DNA of 64,000 bases. Source: Owenia fusiformis (taxonomy: Eukaryota). Location: NCBI GenBank assembly GCA_903813345.2, contig CAIIXF020000001.1:37572001-37636000 (forward strand). The letters run 5' to 3'. Below, in pieces: positions 63,590-64,000 of this stretch. A model generated the notes under the pieces. The model saw nothing but the letters and a program-made list of their open reading frames with translations, searched no databases and had not been told where the DNA came from. The first letter of the stretch is position 1. Each line of letters starts with the position of its first letter. A program made the position numbers and the translations under genes.

Positions 63590-63981
63590 ATAGGATATCC
63601 TATGATTTTGAGGAATATCATTTTTATCTACGAGGTGATATTAATATCTGCACGAGAGAGCGAAGCGAACGAGTGCATATATCAATATCACCGAGTAGAT
63701 TAAAATGATATTCTGAAAAAAAATCATAGGATGTTCTTATTATCCTACAGTTACAAGGAGTGTACTGAATGCACAATATCATTGTAAAATGAATTTCATG
63801 CCAAATAGAGTCAATTTGGCGGGAAATCAACAAGCGGAGTATATCGTCACAATATCCTCCGCATATTGGGTTTTCTGGAGTATATCGTCACGATATCCTC
63901 CGCCCGGAGTATATCGTCACGATATCCTCCGGATATTCATTTTGCCAATAAATATCAAATTTATTTTTTCATGTTATTATA
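63590..63981. mobile_element. Element with terminal palindrome plus short tandem array (same architecture as 4786-5200, reversed)
   Basis: Hairpin at about 63597-63733 centred on gagcgaagcg. ggagtatatcgtcacRatatcctccg x3 (63836, 63877, 63906). Ends with catgttattat. Confidence 0.6.
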
Positions 63982-64000
63982 CATTTAGTACACTAAGTGT

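Noticed and set aside
60429..64000. Next S9 peptidase exon (expected SGxDFYxxPxxSPDG)
   Set aside because: No such motif was found in any frame I could read. The gene probably continues beyond the window.

Overview
AT-rich eukaryotic DNA with spliceosomal (GT-AG) introns, most likely from a marine invertebrate. A lophotrochozoan is inferred from the repeat types but is not proven. Three protein-coding genes can be assembled by hand with consistent intron phases. (1) The 5' part of a minus-strand secreted-protein gene (exons 12076-12011, 8370-8338?, 4777-4699, 804-710), running off the left edge. Its signal-peptide exon and pro-region resemble gene 2, so it is probably an astacin paralog arranged head-to-head. 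(2) A complete 17-exon plus-strand astacin zinc metalloprotease (20457-38953, 643 aa): signal, pro, astacin, EGF, CUB, Thr/Pro-rich, Cys-rich, TSP1, Cys-rich. (3) The 5' part of a plus-strand S9-family (acylaminoacyl/prolyl oligopeptidase-like) peptidase gene (50951 to at least 60428). It appears to have gained a signal peptide/coiled-coil exon and tandemly duplicated 12-nt microexons. Introns and intergenic DNA are filled with mostly non-autonomous, often nested DNA transposons: Tc1/mariner (one with a DD34D transposase fragment), piggyBac-, Kolobok-, PIF/Harbinger-, Academ-, hAT- and Transib-like elements. There is also a KolobokP-like element with 467-bp terminal direct repeats, a Helentron-type satellite-bearing element and a probable 2.9-kb solo LTR. 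No rRNA, tRNA or CRISPR arrays were found. All gene models are hand-made and need transcript support.
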